NCBI RefSeq assembly: GCF_006345805.1
Contig: NC_043017.1
Span: 7,626,001 to 7,690,000 of the forward strand
Length of the DNA: 64,000 nt
Direction of reading: 5' to 3'
Source of the DNA: Octopus sinensis
Lineage: Eukaryota
The notes beneath the pieces are model-generated. The model ran no database searches, was not told where the DNA came from, and saw only the letters and a list, made by a program, of their open reading frames with translations. A program made the position numbers and the translations under genes. Shown here in pieces: positions 37,742 through 50,189 of the stretch. Position 1 is the first letter of the stretch; every line of letters begins with the position of its first letter.

Positions 37742-37978
37742 GAAGCTGTCAATTATAGCCACGAGAAATGTGAAAGTATCCAGCTGGAATCAGACTACAG
37801 ATGTGTTCACAAAGACTCTGAGAATGTACACAATTGTCCGAGTGAGCTGAACATTAATCGAAATTCCAAGGAGTTGTCTTACACAAGGGAAAGGAAAGAA
37901 AGAGTGTCGTCTTTCCTCAGTTATTTATATTCTAAAAGGGACACATATATAGAAAACTTGTGTCCCAAAAGTATGTAG
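37742..37978 (+). CDS. DHDDS: DHDDS last coding exon (EAVNYSHEK...RKERVSSFLSYLYSKRDTYIENLCPKSM*); full CDS 1011 nt, 336 aa
   Basis: Acceptor ttgtcttctag; open frame to TAG at 37976-37978; C-terminal RxxRVxxFL helix typical of DHDDS; AATAAA signals downstream at about 38118-38360. Confidence 0.9.
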   Translation, partial: EAVNYSHEKCESIQLESDYRCVHKDSENVHNCPSELNINRNSKELSYTRERKERVSSFLSYLYSKRDTYIENLCPKSM

Positions 37979-38766
37979 AATTGTGCTCAAAGACCAAATA
38001 GGTTCTTTTAAGGATTGTTATTTTTATTTTTTCTGTTTAAATGATTATTCAAATGTTTTTAGTGTTCTGACAAAACGTATTAAACAGAGATCTATCTTAT
38101 TACAAACACACTTTGTGAATAAAATTTATCAAAAGCTCTATTATTATTATTGTTATTATATTTCACTGCCTTTTATAAGGGTATGTAATAAATGTGGTTG
38201 CGAATGGTTGATTGATTGGTTGACCAAATGGTTAATCAAACTATCAATTAGTTAATTGATTAAAATGGTTAACCAATTAACGATTGATAAATAAAGAAAT
38301 GTAATAGAACCGGTGCATGTATTATTATTAGCATAACAATGATTCTGAGATCCAATAAAATATATTTCAACACACGATTTCACGTTAGGAATCTTGCAAA
38401 CCAAATACAAAATCGAAACATTTTGGGGTCAATCCAGTTTTAAAAAATAATTTATTTTACATTATCTCCCTTTCTTTTGTTAGATCGATTTGACTTTTAC
38501 ATTGTTCTCTTCACTTCACTCAGTATAGGCGTAGTCTTGTCTAGTTCCTCACCTCATACAGGTGTAGTCTTGTTTAATTCAAGCTGTCACGCTCTCTACA
38601 TTGTGTGAATCCATTTCAAACAATTTCTTTTCCCTTTTCTTCCTTGCTTTTGTTTGGCTGATTTGACTTTTGCCTTGTTCAACATTTACTTCATTGATAC
38701 AGCTGTAGTCTTTAGTCCAGGTTGTCATCCTCCCTGCATTAAGTGTGTCAGCACTTATTTTTCAAA

Positions 38767-40488
38767 TCAAACATTTTTTTTAATGCTTTTCACTTTGACT
38801 ATTTGGTCCATATTTAAAAGCTGAATCACCACTTGGAGTGAAGAATGCAGGATATAAAACTCTGTGTATAGTGGTAACCAGCTTCCTTCTTTGTAGAATT
38901 CCTCAGAATTATTGTTATTCATTTTTATTTCATCAGGCTCAGGTAACCAATTCTGAATTTGAATTGGACTAAATTTTTGTGGTGTACAAACTTTCCTGCA
39001 GACACTTCTAAATGTATCATGAAGAATTTCCCATGGAATATCACCATCATCATCATCATCATTATTATTGTGAGATATATTCTTAAAAGTTCTTTCCTGA
39101 CTATATTGCAACATTTTGGTTTGGAAAGTCATTGCAGGAATGGTAAAGATATTTGAAGAAGGGGTTGGTGCTGTTAAAGTAAAGTTTTCATTAGTAATAT
39201 TTTCACGATCAAATGGCAGAATTTGAAATGTTTCAAAGCACATTCTAAGAGACTTCAAACATTTAAAGATCTGTTGGGATAAGCTGTGAACCATACCTAA
39301 CGTTGGTGCTGTGAGTATAAGACTGGAAGAGGCATTTACCAAAAGTGGACAAGACTGCAGCGTCATTTGAAGATACGTGGAACCATTTATGACAATCCTT
39401 TTATGTAAACCAAATGAAACTAGTGAACTGTCACAGAGAGAGTCTCTAATACATGAAAGAGGTTGCTTTTTGGCTACAGTTTGAAAATACTCACAGAATT
39501 CTTCAGGTAAGTAAGAAATAGTATAAATGCCATGTTGCTGGAACAAAGTTTCAGCAAATTTTGGAATCTCATGACAACAGCAAACTAGTTTTACATTGTT
39601 TAGTGTACACTGCTTGATGAAGGCCTCACATTGGTGATATTGGAAGGCAACTAAGGAACTGAACTCATAAAACTCTGTTATTTTAAATGTGGCTTTGGTT
39701 GTTTCTGCATCTTCATCAGATGTTAAGAAATTCTGCAAAATGACTGATACAATTTCCTCTTTGGAAGATGATAGATCAAGGGATAATGTTCCTTCACATG
39801 GTATGAGTATTCCAGGTAGAACCTTTGAAGAACTGTAACAATGTCCAATATCTTTGTGAATTAATACATCAAAGTGTTTAATAGTAAAGTCAATGACTTG
39901 ATGTAAAGAATCGGTACATTCGACACCATAACTAAGAAAATCAATGAGTAGAGATGAGAAATAAACCGATTCTTTGTCAGACAAAGAACTCAATAAAACT
40001 GATTTACAAACTTGCTTCAGATGGCAACAGATGAGTAAAAAGTCGGAAAAATTGATAGAACTGAAAAAAGATAAACGATTTCTGAACTCAAATTCCATTA
40101 TTAGACGCTTAAAGTTTCTCAAGCCCTGAGATATTCTACGCATATTTTCTCTGAACTGAGTGCCATTTGTCTGAGAAGAAGAGTTCACTCGCAGTTCAAC
40201 AGACCGTGTTAATTCAGTGATATAAAGAATAAATAATTTGCTGCCATCTCCCGTCACAGAATGTACATGCTGAAGAGAATTTACCACAAACTTTGCGACT
40301 GGATGGGAAAACTGCAAAGCATTAAGAATGTCAATGCCATTAGTGACAAACTGTACCGATCCAGTAGAAGTTGTGAAAAGAGTCTTCTCACACATGGGAC
40401 CTATGGAGCTTGCACAGATGTCAGACAGCGATGAGACAATTCGGACAATATCTGACAGAGAAATGTCACTGGAGTTTATAGCAGCCAT
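38767..40488 (-). CDS. BBS10: Bardet-Biedl syndrome 10 chaperonin-like protein, 573 aa, intronless CDS
   Basis: Longest ORF in the window; N-terminus (SSIGP...NGIDILNALQFSHPVAKFVV...TGDGSKLFILY) matches BBS10 (CCVGP...[20 protein letters not shown]...TGDGAKTFIIF); C-terminus QLLNMDQIVKVK resembles KILTIDMVITVK. Confidence 0.9.
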   Translation of the reverse strand: MAAINSSDISLSDIVRIVSSLSDICASSIGPMCEKTLFTTSTGSVQFVTNGIDILNALQFSHPVAKFVVNSLQHVHSVTGDGSKLFILYITELTRSVELRVNSSSQTNGTQFRENMRRISQGLRNFKRLIMEFEFRNRLSFFSSINFSDFLLICCHLKQVCKSVLLSSLSDKESVYFSSLLIDFLSYGVECTDSLHQVIDFTIKHFDVLIHKDIGHCYSSSKVLPGILIPCEGTLSLDLSSSKEEIVSVILQNFLTSDEDAETTKATFKITEFYEFSSLVAFQYHQCEAFIKQCTLNNVKLVCCCHEIPKFAETLFQQHGIYTISYLPEEFCEYFQTVAKKQPLSCIRDSLCDSSLVSFGLHKRIVINGSTYLQMTLQSCPLLVNASSSLILTAPTLGMVHSLSQQIFKCLKSLRMCFETFQILPFDRENITNENFTLTAPTPSSNIFTIPAMTFQTKMLQYSQERTFKNISHNNNDDDDDGDIPWEILHDTFRSVCRKVCTPQKFSPIQIQNWLPEPDEIKMNNNNSEEFYKEGSWLPLYTEFYILHSSLQVVIQLLNMDQIVKVKSIKKNV

Positions 40489-41572
40489 TTGTTAATATTT
40501 CACAGTTATGAATTCTTGAGTTGTTTTACCCAGGGACTGTAACAACCATCTGAAAAACGACAGAAATATAGATTTTAGTTATTTTAAAGAAAATCATTGA
40601 CAACTGAACAAATATGTAATCTATATTGATTACATTTTACTCTTTGTCTCAGTAATTCAGTCTTAATTAATCTTCATCTATTTGCATAAGGGGTCTGTAA
40701 GAATGGAAATTAGAGCAAAGGAGACTCTCAGAGGGAAGAAATGAAAGGGACAGAAAAAAGAGGAAGGAAGAGATAACAAGAGATGTTATTTTGACACACA
40801 CGTATGAATAGAACAGATATGTGTGAAAATACATACATACGTACAATGTATGTATGTATAAGGGGTTTAGTCAAACAAATTGACCCCAGTACCTATGCTT
40901 TTAAGATCACTACTTATTCTATCGTTTTTTTTTATTGTTTTTGCTGAACTGCTGTGCTATATGGATGTACACAAACCAACACCGGCTGTTGAACAGTTTG
41001 GGGAATAAACACAAATACTCATATAGATGTGTGTGTGTGTTGCTGGCCACGAAATGGACAAGATCCGTGTTAAGCCCCAACAGCTTAACAACCGTTGCCG
41101 GTTTGTTTACGTCCCTGGAACTTTGCAGTTGGGCAAAAGAAAACGATAGAAGAAATACCACAGTTTGAAAATAAGTAGTGGGGTCAATTTGCGATGTTCC
41201 AGCATGGCCGCAATCCAAACACTGAAGCAAATGAGAGATTAAAAGATACAAAAATAATTTGAGTCGTATACAAGACATTTTTTCTTCTACGGCGGTTGGG
41301 GAAATTGAAACGGTGAAATGGTGAAGGGATCAATGCAGAAAAATGGTCAAGAAATATCGATCTGAGATTAAACTGCCGAAAGTTTCCATCCTGTTTCAAG
41401 ACGATAACGAATGTGATCTGAGGGGATTTAACGTCTATTTTTAAAGGGTCGAGCGACAGCGTAAAGACTTCCGGGCTGACACGTGAAGGAAGGGCTTCGT
41501 TGTCATTGACGACGGAACAACTTAAACAGAAATTTAGCATTGGACTCGTTAAAAATTATATTGAAAACTTAC

Positions 41573-41760
41573 AAATTTGTGATCGCAACAGATGAAATTT
41601 TAACGATGTATTTCATCTAAGTTTGCCCTCCATTGTGAACGAACTACAAATGATTTGTCAGTTTAAAATCGTCCACTTCACAAGTTTTCTTCGCCTCGAC
41701 GGGCCACAATGGCTGGGCTAACAGTCAGACAGCAGTTATTTCCCTTCACTTGGCTCGTTT
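41573..41760 (-). promoter_or_regulatory. BBS10: Probable BBS10 non-coding first exon and promoter
   Basis: Minus-strand donor |gtaagt at 41572 pairs with acceptor gtttttcag at 40550, just 5' of the CDS; CpG-rich zone about 41000-41800. Confidence 0.55.
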
Positions 41761-42489
41761 TATTTATTTATTTAATCATTATTTCATTGTTGGTGTTCTT
41801 TAACCCTAGGTCAACTGTAACCGAGCAATTCAATGAACTAAGACGTTCTAACAATAACCATCCCGTCTTTTAAATGTAATGTATGCAGGACTTCCTTCTT
41901 TCCTTTCCCTACAAGAGTGTGGTCTGGTCCTATTCCCTAGCGGTTTCTTTAAGACAGCTAGTTTTTATAACTTAGAGCAGGGGTTCTCAACCATTTTTAT
42001 CTATGGACCCCTGCCTTTGATTACAATTTTATTCAGGTGGACCCCCATAGCCAGTTGATGTTTAAAAGCTAGTTTCCAAAATTCCTATTTTGTTTTTTTC
42101 CCACATTAACTTGTGTATGTTGAATTAAGTAAAATGCTAAAGAAACCTATCCGTTTCTTACAATACATACATCTGAAGCAGTGGCTCCCAAAGTGGGCGG
42201 TATTGCCTCCCTGGGGGAGGTCGAAAGTTCCAAGAGGGCACTGCCTAAAATTGATGGTAAGACAAAAAGACACACACATAGCTTTTATCTTTTACCCGTT
42301 TCATTATTAGACTGTGGCCATGTTGGGGCACTGCCTTGAAGAATTTTAATCTGACGAATCAACCTCAGTACTTATTTTTATTCACGTCTGGAACTTATTC
42401 CATCATTCTCTTGCTGAACCGTGAAGTTATGAGGACATAAAAATACCAGTAGTCAAGTGGTGATGGAAGACACACGTATACTCTCTCTC

Positions 42490-42872
42490 TCTCTTTTACT
42501 TGTTTCAATCATTTGACTGCGGCCATGCTGGAGCACCGCCTTTAGTCGAGCAAATCGCCCCCGGGACTTATTCTTTGTAAGCCCAGTACTTATTCTATCG
42601 GTCTCTTTTGCCGAACCGCTAAGTGACAGGGACGTAAACACACCAGCATCGGTTGTCAAGCAATGCTAGGGGGACAAACACAAACACACATATATATATA
42701 CATATATACGACAGGCTTCTTTCAGTTTCTGTCTACCAAATCCACTCACAAAGCATTGGTCGGCCCGGGGCTATAGCAGAAGACACTTGCCCAAGATGCT
42801 ACGCAGTGGGACTGAACCCGGAACCATGTGGTTGGTTAGCAAGCTACTTACCACACAGCCACTCCTGCGCCT
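42490..42872 (-). mobile_element. SINE family A, full-length minus-strand copy
   Basis: Reverse-complement match to 57347-57722. Confidence 0.85.
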
Positions 42873-45784
42873 ATGTATATATACAACAGGATTCTTTCAG
42901 TTTCTGTCTATTAAATCCACTTACAAGGCTTTGGTTGGCCCGAGTCTATAGCAGAAGACACTTGCCCAAGGTACCACACAGTAGGACTGGATTTGGTAGA
43001 TGGAAACTGAAAGAAGCCTGTCGTATATATATGTGTGTGTGTCATTGATTCCCCCGCCACTGCTTGACAATCAGTGTTGGTGTGTTTATGTTCCTGTAAC
43101 TTTGCAGTTCAGTAAAAGAGACTGATAGAATAAGTACCAAGAACTTAAGAAAAGGGAAAAAAAAGTACTGGGATCAGTGGTGTCCCAGCATGGCCAGAGT
43201 CTAATGACCGAAACAAGTAAAAGATAAAAGATAAAAATATGGTGGCTATTGTTGTTGTTTAATCCAAGGTCAGCTCTGATAAAGCAGATTTGAGGTCAAA
43301 GCAATTCAACCATGACCATCCCAGCATATTTTCAGACAATAATCAGTGTGACCTTCCACTTTTAAAATGGTTAAGTGTAGTTTGAAGGAAATTTTACTGT
43401 TACTTCTAGCATACTCCCTTCGTAAGCTTGTGTGAGTTTTAGTTGTTTTTTACACCTGGTCAGCACTGACCAAGCATACCGACATTTCTTTTCCAGATAG
43501 TCTGTCTATAATATCCAAGGTATCCATTTTTTAAAAAAGCAATAGTGATTTGAGGGAGTTCTGGTTGCTACTTCTAGGCATTTAAATACTCTTCAGAGTT
43601 TTTGACATTGGCTTATAGCAGTAATAGTAGTGGTGGTGTTAGTGGTAGCAGTGACACTGGTGGTGGAAGTAGTAGTAGTAGTGGTGATAGCATTGGTGTT
43701 GGCCAACAGTTTGCATAATTATTTTAGAAATTATTTCTAACCCTTCACCGTTCAGGTTACTCTATCAAACAATGCTTATTGATTCACATTGTTTTATCCT
43801 TGAGATTTCAATGATGTGATTGTTTAATGTGGAATAACATTGTAGGGTAGGTGTGAGAGCCGGGATCTGGTTAGTTTGAACATAAAACAAATGGAAAATT
43901 TTGGCCAGATATGGCTGGTTTAACCCTTTCGTTACCAACCCAGCTGAAACTGGCTCTAGCTCTTTAGTACAAATGTCTTGTTTTCATAAGTTTTGAATTA
44001 AAATCTTCCACCAAACCTTAGTCTCAATTTATGTTCCTAACATTAGCTTAATGATAACGAAGTTATTTTACTAAATTCTTTGTTATATCTAAAATTAATT
44101 GAAAGAAAAACAGAGCATCTCAAAAGAAATACAGTAACAAAAAGGTTAAATGCTAAAGGGTTAATAGACTTTTTTTTTTTGTATCATTTATTCAAAATAC
44201 ATTTTTACATTTTTAAGAAAGTTTTGGACCCTATAACTTCATTATGCCAGAGCTTACCCCGGTTTCAGTAAGTGCTGTGAATACAAGACTTTCCTCTGTG
44301 CAAGATGCCCATCTGTTGCCCCAACTATTGCTAGTATACATTTTCAACTGTGATAGGTGCAGGTAGGACTGTGTGGTTAAAAAGCTTACTTGCTAACCTA
44401 CCATATGGTTTCAGGTTCAGACACATTATATGGTGCATAGTCTTCTACTATAGCCCCAAGGCCTACCAAAGCCTCTTCAATAAATTTGGTAGATGGAAAC
44501 TGAAAAAAGCTAGTTGTGTGTGCGTATCTGTCTGGATATTATATGATAGAAATCAAATGGAAATTGTAGTTGTGATACTCGTGCCAGTGGCACATAAAAA
44601 GCACCAACCAATTGTGGCCATTGCCAGCCTCCTCTGGCCCCTGTGCCGGTGGTACGTAAAAAGCACCCACTACACTCACAGTGGTTGGCGTTAGGAAGGG
44701 CATCCAGCTGTAGAAACACTGCCAGATCAGACTGGAGCCTAGAGCAACCTCCTGGCTTCCCAGACCTCGGTCGAACCATCCAACCCATGCTAGCATGGAA
44801 AACAGACATTAAATGATGATGATGATGATGTCACTCATTTTCAGTGTACCATAAAAAACATGTCTAACCATGAAGAAATATTATCTTGCTTGGAAATAGG
44901 TGAATACTGGTGACAGGAAGAACATCCAGTTGTAGAAAATCTACCTCAACAAATTCCGTCCGACCCATGCAGACATGAAAAAGTGGAAGTTAAAACAATG
45001 ATTTCAAATTTGGCATAGGACCAGCAGTTCTTTTGAGGGGATGGGAAAGTCAAATACATTAACTCCTGTACCTAACTAGTATTTATTTTATCAACTCGAA
45101 AGAATTGAAAGTCGACTTCAGTGGAATTTGAGCTCAGAACATAAAGACAGACGAAGTTCCACTAAGCATTTTGTCAGGCATGCTAATAGTTCAGCCAGCT
45201 TGCCACCTTTAAAACAATGGTGATGATGATGATGACTATGATGGAGTGAAGCAATGTGAAATGAAGTGCCTTGCTGAACAACACCACACATCTCCAGGTC
45301 TGAGAATTGAACCTATAACCTGATAATTGTGCTCTCAACATTTAACTCACTACACCACATGCTTTGACAGTCAGGTGAAATAAACATCAGATACTTTGCC
45401 CCACATAAATACTGCAGGAGCTAGCCAGAAGCCTAGCAAGCTCTTCTTTTGAATCCATTTCAATGTCAGATGCCCTTCTGTATCATCAGCAGGTATCTCA
45501 GGGTCACAGGTGTTTTGCTCCTTAGCCTGTAGTGGCGCAACAAGAATGGAGTTAGTTTTTGCCTGTGGAAGGGTTCCACATGCAGTCTCTTGTCAACTCC
45601 ACCACCTTAAGCTGCCATACATATATCCTTGGTGACTTTCTTCAGTTGTCTGGGTTCCAGACCAATCTTATGCAGGAAAGAGCACAACAATCTAGCTGGA
45701 AAAAGAGATTTATATATAAAACAATTTTTTCAATCTTACCAAAAAATCTTCACTATAATAATAATAATAATAATAATGTAATAA

Positions 45785-46470
45785 TGTACAGACACCATCC
45801 AGAGGATGCAGTAAATGGTGAGGGCGTCACCATCCTTTGGAACTTCCCACTACAGACAGACAGAAAAATTGACTCCAATTGAAAAGACATTGTGATCAAG
45901 GACTACAACAGAGGAACTTGTCTGTTAATAGATATGTCTGTCCCACAAGATCAAAATGTCTCAAGGAAGGAATATGAAAAGCTTTCTCACTATAAAGATC
46001 TACAAATTGAAATCACAAAAATGTGGAAGCTTAATACTACAATAATACCAGTAGCAATTGGTGCATTGGGAATGATAAAGAAGCACTCCACAGACATGTG
46101 TACCCTTAATGTAGTTCTCAGGGAGATTCAGTGTGACACAGAATGTAACAAGGCTGGCCTTTTGATTATTACAGATACAACTTATATTTGCCAGTCAGGT
46201 GGACTGAAGCAACGTGAAATAAAGCCTCTTGCTCGAGGATACAATATTATGCAACTTCCTGGTAACTCCAATCTCCGTGAACTACAAAAGATAAGCTTGA
46301 TGGGTGCAGCCCATATACTACAGAACGCACTCTCCAACTAAAATGGAATAAATATGGTGATAATTTTAGCATGCATAGCAAAACAAAAGTACCCTTGCTA
46401 CTCTTGGCCTCTGGAGGATGCCTGGTACTAAGGCAGCTGAAATAAAGTTATAATGAAAGGAAGGCATAAA
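45785..46470 (+). mobile_element. 3' fragment of an R4/Dong-like non-LTR retrotransposon (restriction-like endonuclease domain), interrupted by a SINE at about 46081-46245
   Basis: ILWNFPLQTDRKIDSN*KDIVIKD...CLLIDMSVPQD...EKLSHYKDLQIEITKMW...IPVAIGALG...LQKISLMGAAHIL; flanked by (TAA)n. Confidence 0.8.
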
Positions 46471-47206
46471 TGGTAATAATAATAACGAACTTATTGTATA
46501 CAATGCATAGGTGCACTAGAACTCATCAAAAAATGTAACCAAAATTGCATGAACAATACATAGAATATGCACAGGAAGTGAACAGTGAAAAAATCTTAAA
46601 AGAAAAAAAAGATGGAAGAAAAAAAAGTAGAAGGTGGGCATCAGATGTACTGTTGGCAAATTTCGGGAGGCATGGAAGTTTTGAAGGATGTCGTGTCTCA
46701 ACAGTTAACAAGTGAGAAAAATTAAAACATTTGGAAAAATGAATAAATTTGTAATAAATTTATTTTTAAAAAAGTATTTATTTTTTCCTTAAAAGTTCAT
46801 TTACATTTCTGTTTTTCTTTTATTATTATAATTAGCATTAAAATTTTTTTTTTGTCAAAAATTTCTAGCTGTGTTTAATTAGAGCAGCGAAAAAAAAAAA
46901 AATATTGGTAAATGTCCAATCACGCCAAGTGGGAAAAAAAAAAGAGATCATTGCAAAGTGAAGGAATTAGTTTTTAGCTGCTATTATTTTTTTATCCAAG
47001 CAATAGATATTTCAGACTGTAATCACAAACATAACTTGGCCTTTTTTTTTTTTTACTTAAAAAAAAAAGAGAGAGTATTGCCACAAGGAATAAATGCAAC
47101 AATCTGACTTAATCTTGAAGAAGATTTCAAAAAAAAATACACCACTTAGTTTAAAATAAAAAAAAACATCAACAGTGATGGCAGGTGTACAAGAGGGGAA
47201 CTGCTG

Positions 47207-47256
47207 CTACTTTTTGGTAAATGGTTTGCCCTTGTCTTTGCCACGCAATTTTGTGC
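47207..47256 (-). CDS. EDF1: EDF1 exon 5 (GTKLRGKDKGKPFTKK*); protein is 143 aa
   Basis: Acceptor ttttacag; KLRGKD motif; TAG at 47209-47207; minus-strand AATAAA at about 46760-46825. Confidence 0.95.
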
Positions 47257-48310
47257 CTGTAAAATATTGAAAATAACTTGTTATATAAATATTTTGGGAA
47301 AAACACACACAAAAAAGAAAAATTCAAACATTGAAATCACTTATATTAATAATTCTAAATCATTAGATGCAGGCATGGCCGTGTGGTAAGAAGCTTGCTT
47401 CCCAACCATTTGGTATCAGGTTCAGTCCCACTTGTATGACATCTTGGGCAAGAGTCTTCTGCTATAGCCCCAAGTTGACCAAAGTCTTGAGAGTGGATTT
47501 GGTAAATGGAAACTGAAAGAAGGCTGTCATATACAAATCCTCTTTTCCTTCTGGAACTCTGTCAAGTAAGACGACGAGGGTTCCAGTTGATCTGATCAAC
47601 AGAACAACATGCTCACGAAATTAACGTGCAAGTGGCTGAGCACTCCACAGACACGTGTGCCCTTAATATAGTTCTCAGGGAGATTCAGTGTGACACTGAA
47701 TATAACAAGGCTGGCCTTTTGATTATTACAGATACAACTTATTTTTGCCAGTTGGGTGGACTAAAACAATGTGAAATAAAGCATCTTATTCCGTCCAACC
47801 AGTGCTAGCGTGGAAAACGGACGTTAAACGATGATGATGATGATGATGATTCCTTTACTAAAGGCAAAGTCAACCTCGGCAGAATTTGAACTCAGAACGT
47901 AATGGCTGACGAAATACCGGTAAGCATTTCGTCTGGCGTGCTAACATGGTTTGGGGTTCAATCCAACTTCATGACACTTTCGGCAAGTGTCTTCTACCAT
48001 ATCCCTGGGCCAACGAATGTCTTGTGAGTTAATTTGGTAGAAGGAAATTGTGAGGAAGCCTGTTGTGCGTGTGATTGCATTTGCTCCACCCCCAGTACTT
48101 GACAACCGGTGTTGGTTTGTTTACATCCCTGTAACTTGCCGGTTGTCAAAGGAGACCAATAGAAGGACCAGACTCAGGAAAAAAAAAAAAAACCCAACTT
48201 AGTACTGAAAGTGATTTGTTCAACTAATAAAACCTTTGAGGGCAGTGCCCCAGCATGGCTGCAGCCCAATGACTGAAACAATTGAAAGATATTTTTAAAG
48301 AATTACTTAC

Positions 48311-48404
48311 CCAAAGCTCGTTCCAATTTACCAAGAATTTGCTGGTTTGGCACTGCTTTTCCAGATTCATATTCATTAATCACTTGCTGTTTTTCGTTTA
48401 TTTT
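48311..48404 (-). CDS. EDF1: EDF1 exon 4 ([31 protein letters not shown]), HTH domain
   Basis: Acceptor ttttag; donor gtaagt; 94 nt; MBF1 HTH sequence. Confidence 0.97.
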
Positions 48405-48861
48405 CTAAAAAAAATAAAAAACATTCAAAGTTGAAGAATGAGAAATACTTTTGAAGCAGGAAAAAGTTGTTTAATCATCATCATCATCATCGTTTAGCGT
48501 CCGTTTTCCATGCTAGCATGGGTTGGACGGTTCTACTGGGGTCTGTGAAGCCAGAAGGCTTCATCAGGCCCAGTCAAATCTGGCAGTGTTTCTACGGCTG
48601 GATGCCCTTCCTAACGCCAACCACTCCGAGAGTGTAGTGGGTGCTTTTTATGTGCCACCGCACAGGTGCCAGACAGAGCTGGCAAACGGCCACGAACGGA
48701 TGGTGCTTTTTATGTGCCACCGGCACGAGGGCCAGGCGAGGCTGGCAACGGACACGAAACGGGGCGGTGCTGGCAACGGTCGCGAAACAGAAGGTTCTCT
48801 TACATGCCACCGGCACTGGTAACACATCTGCAATTTCCATTGATCGATTTCAATTCAACAC

Positions 48862-48895
<34 letters not shown>

Positions 48896-48896
<1 letters not shown>

Positions 48897-49312
48897 AGTT
48901 GTTTGACCTTAACCAGTTGAGCATGTCCCTTAGTGGCTGACGATATGTGCATCTCTGATCACGAGCAGAAGTAGTGGGGGAGCATCATAGCCATGTGTTG
49001 AGAGGGATTCTTTGGGGTTTGAATAGTTCACCTCTGGAAACATGGGTGGCTCTTTCAACATCCTTAAACAACCCTTATTCAGGGACCTTTTGAGCAGGAT
49101 GGGCTACTCAACCTGAAGAAAATTCTAACTGGGCCCCCACCTGCAAGGTCATGCGCTGTTTATCTTGATATGAGATCACCATGTCGCGCACGTATGGTTG
49201 TGATGCATGTGCCTGGTGTACCCTTATCAGACGGGTAGTCATGATGGGTATATTGGGCTTCATATATTTTACCCCAGTGTCACTTTGATGGCATGAACTG
49301 CTCTCTCACTCA
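48896..49312. mobile_element. Family E dispersed repeat sitting in (TAA)n tracts; copies at about 35685-36210 and 26440-26660 (inverted)
   Basis: Near-identical ~400 bp shared by 35826-36210 and 48896-49280; (AAT)n on both sides of this copy. Confidence 0.75.
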
Positions 49313-49919
49313 ATAATAATAATAATAATAATTTTTCTTTTGTAATAATAGTTTCTTATATAATAAGAGCTGGCAGAATTGTTAGCACACTGGGTGAACT
49401 GCTTCACGGTATTTTGCCTATCCTTACGTTCTGAGTTCAAATTTCACCAAGGCTTTCATCCTTTCAATGTTAATAAAATGGTACCAGTTAAACACTGGGG
49501 TAAATGTAATCCACATAACTACTACTGGGCACGAGTATAAAAACTGCATCCCTGTGCGAGCCAGGGCAGCAGAGTAGGCTCCATCCAACCAGCATGGTCA
49601 CAAGCTCAACTTCACAGCAGACCACACTCGGGTGGAAAGGACATGCCAAGGCCTTCACCTTGCAATGGACTGAACATGGGCAATCCAATTTAATCCGTAT
49701 AAGTTCAGGGTAAGAAATTCAGAGTAGGAGTATGAGGAGTATGGTCCACTAAATCAACCCTGGTATCTGACAGGTATTTTATTTTACCGATTCAGAACGA
49801 TAAAAGGCAAAATAGACCTCAGTGTGATTAGAAGTCAGGACTTAACTACCACAAGGTATCTCATTCAATGCTCAACCAATTCAGTCGATCCACCATCTTA
49901 ATAGTAATAATCTATTCAT

Positions 49920-50070
49920 CTCATTTTCCATCAAAGCTTGAAAAACTGAAGGACTGCTGCAATAAGTGTATGAATCAGAGAGGGGAATATGTTGAATAAA
50001 ATCATAATTAACAGATCCTCCCATATTTTCTTTAACCCAAAGCCAGGAACTTTTCAGCAACCCCTTGTAT
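49920..50070. mobile_element. Mariner-derived non-autonomous fragment
   Basis: ggaacttttcagcaaccccttgta is the reverse complement of the end motif tacaaggaggtgctgaaaagttc at about 12187. Confidence 0.5.
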
Positions 50071-50189
50071 AGCCATGATACCATAGTAAAATGCACCCAG
50101 TATCCCCTGTAAAGTAGTAAATGATACAAAGGGTCTCCAGAGGTAGAAACCTTTTTATCAGAGTTGTTTTTAGTCAGGGACCAGCTAGG

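Noticed and set aside
37955-37978. CaaX prenylation motif at the DHDDS C-terminus (CPKSM)
   Set aside because: Cys is fifth from the end, not fourth
45892-46341. 149-aa ORF as a new host gene
   Set aside because: Chimera of a retrotransposon endonuclease fragment and an inserted SINE, with an in-frame stop just upstream
47150-47209. Stop-codon readthrough at the EDF1 TAG CAG CAG
   Set aside because: Context does not match CARYYA, and the extension runs into low-complexity T-rich UTR with no targeting motif
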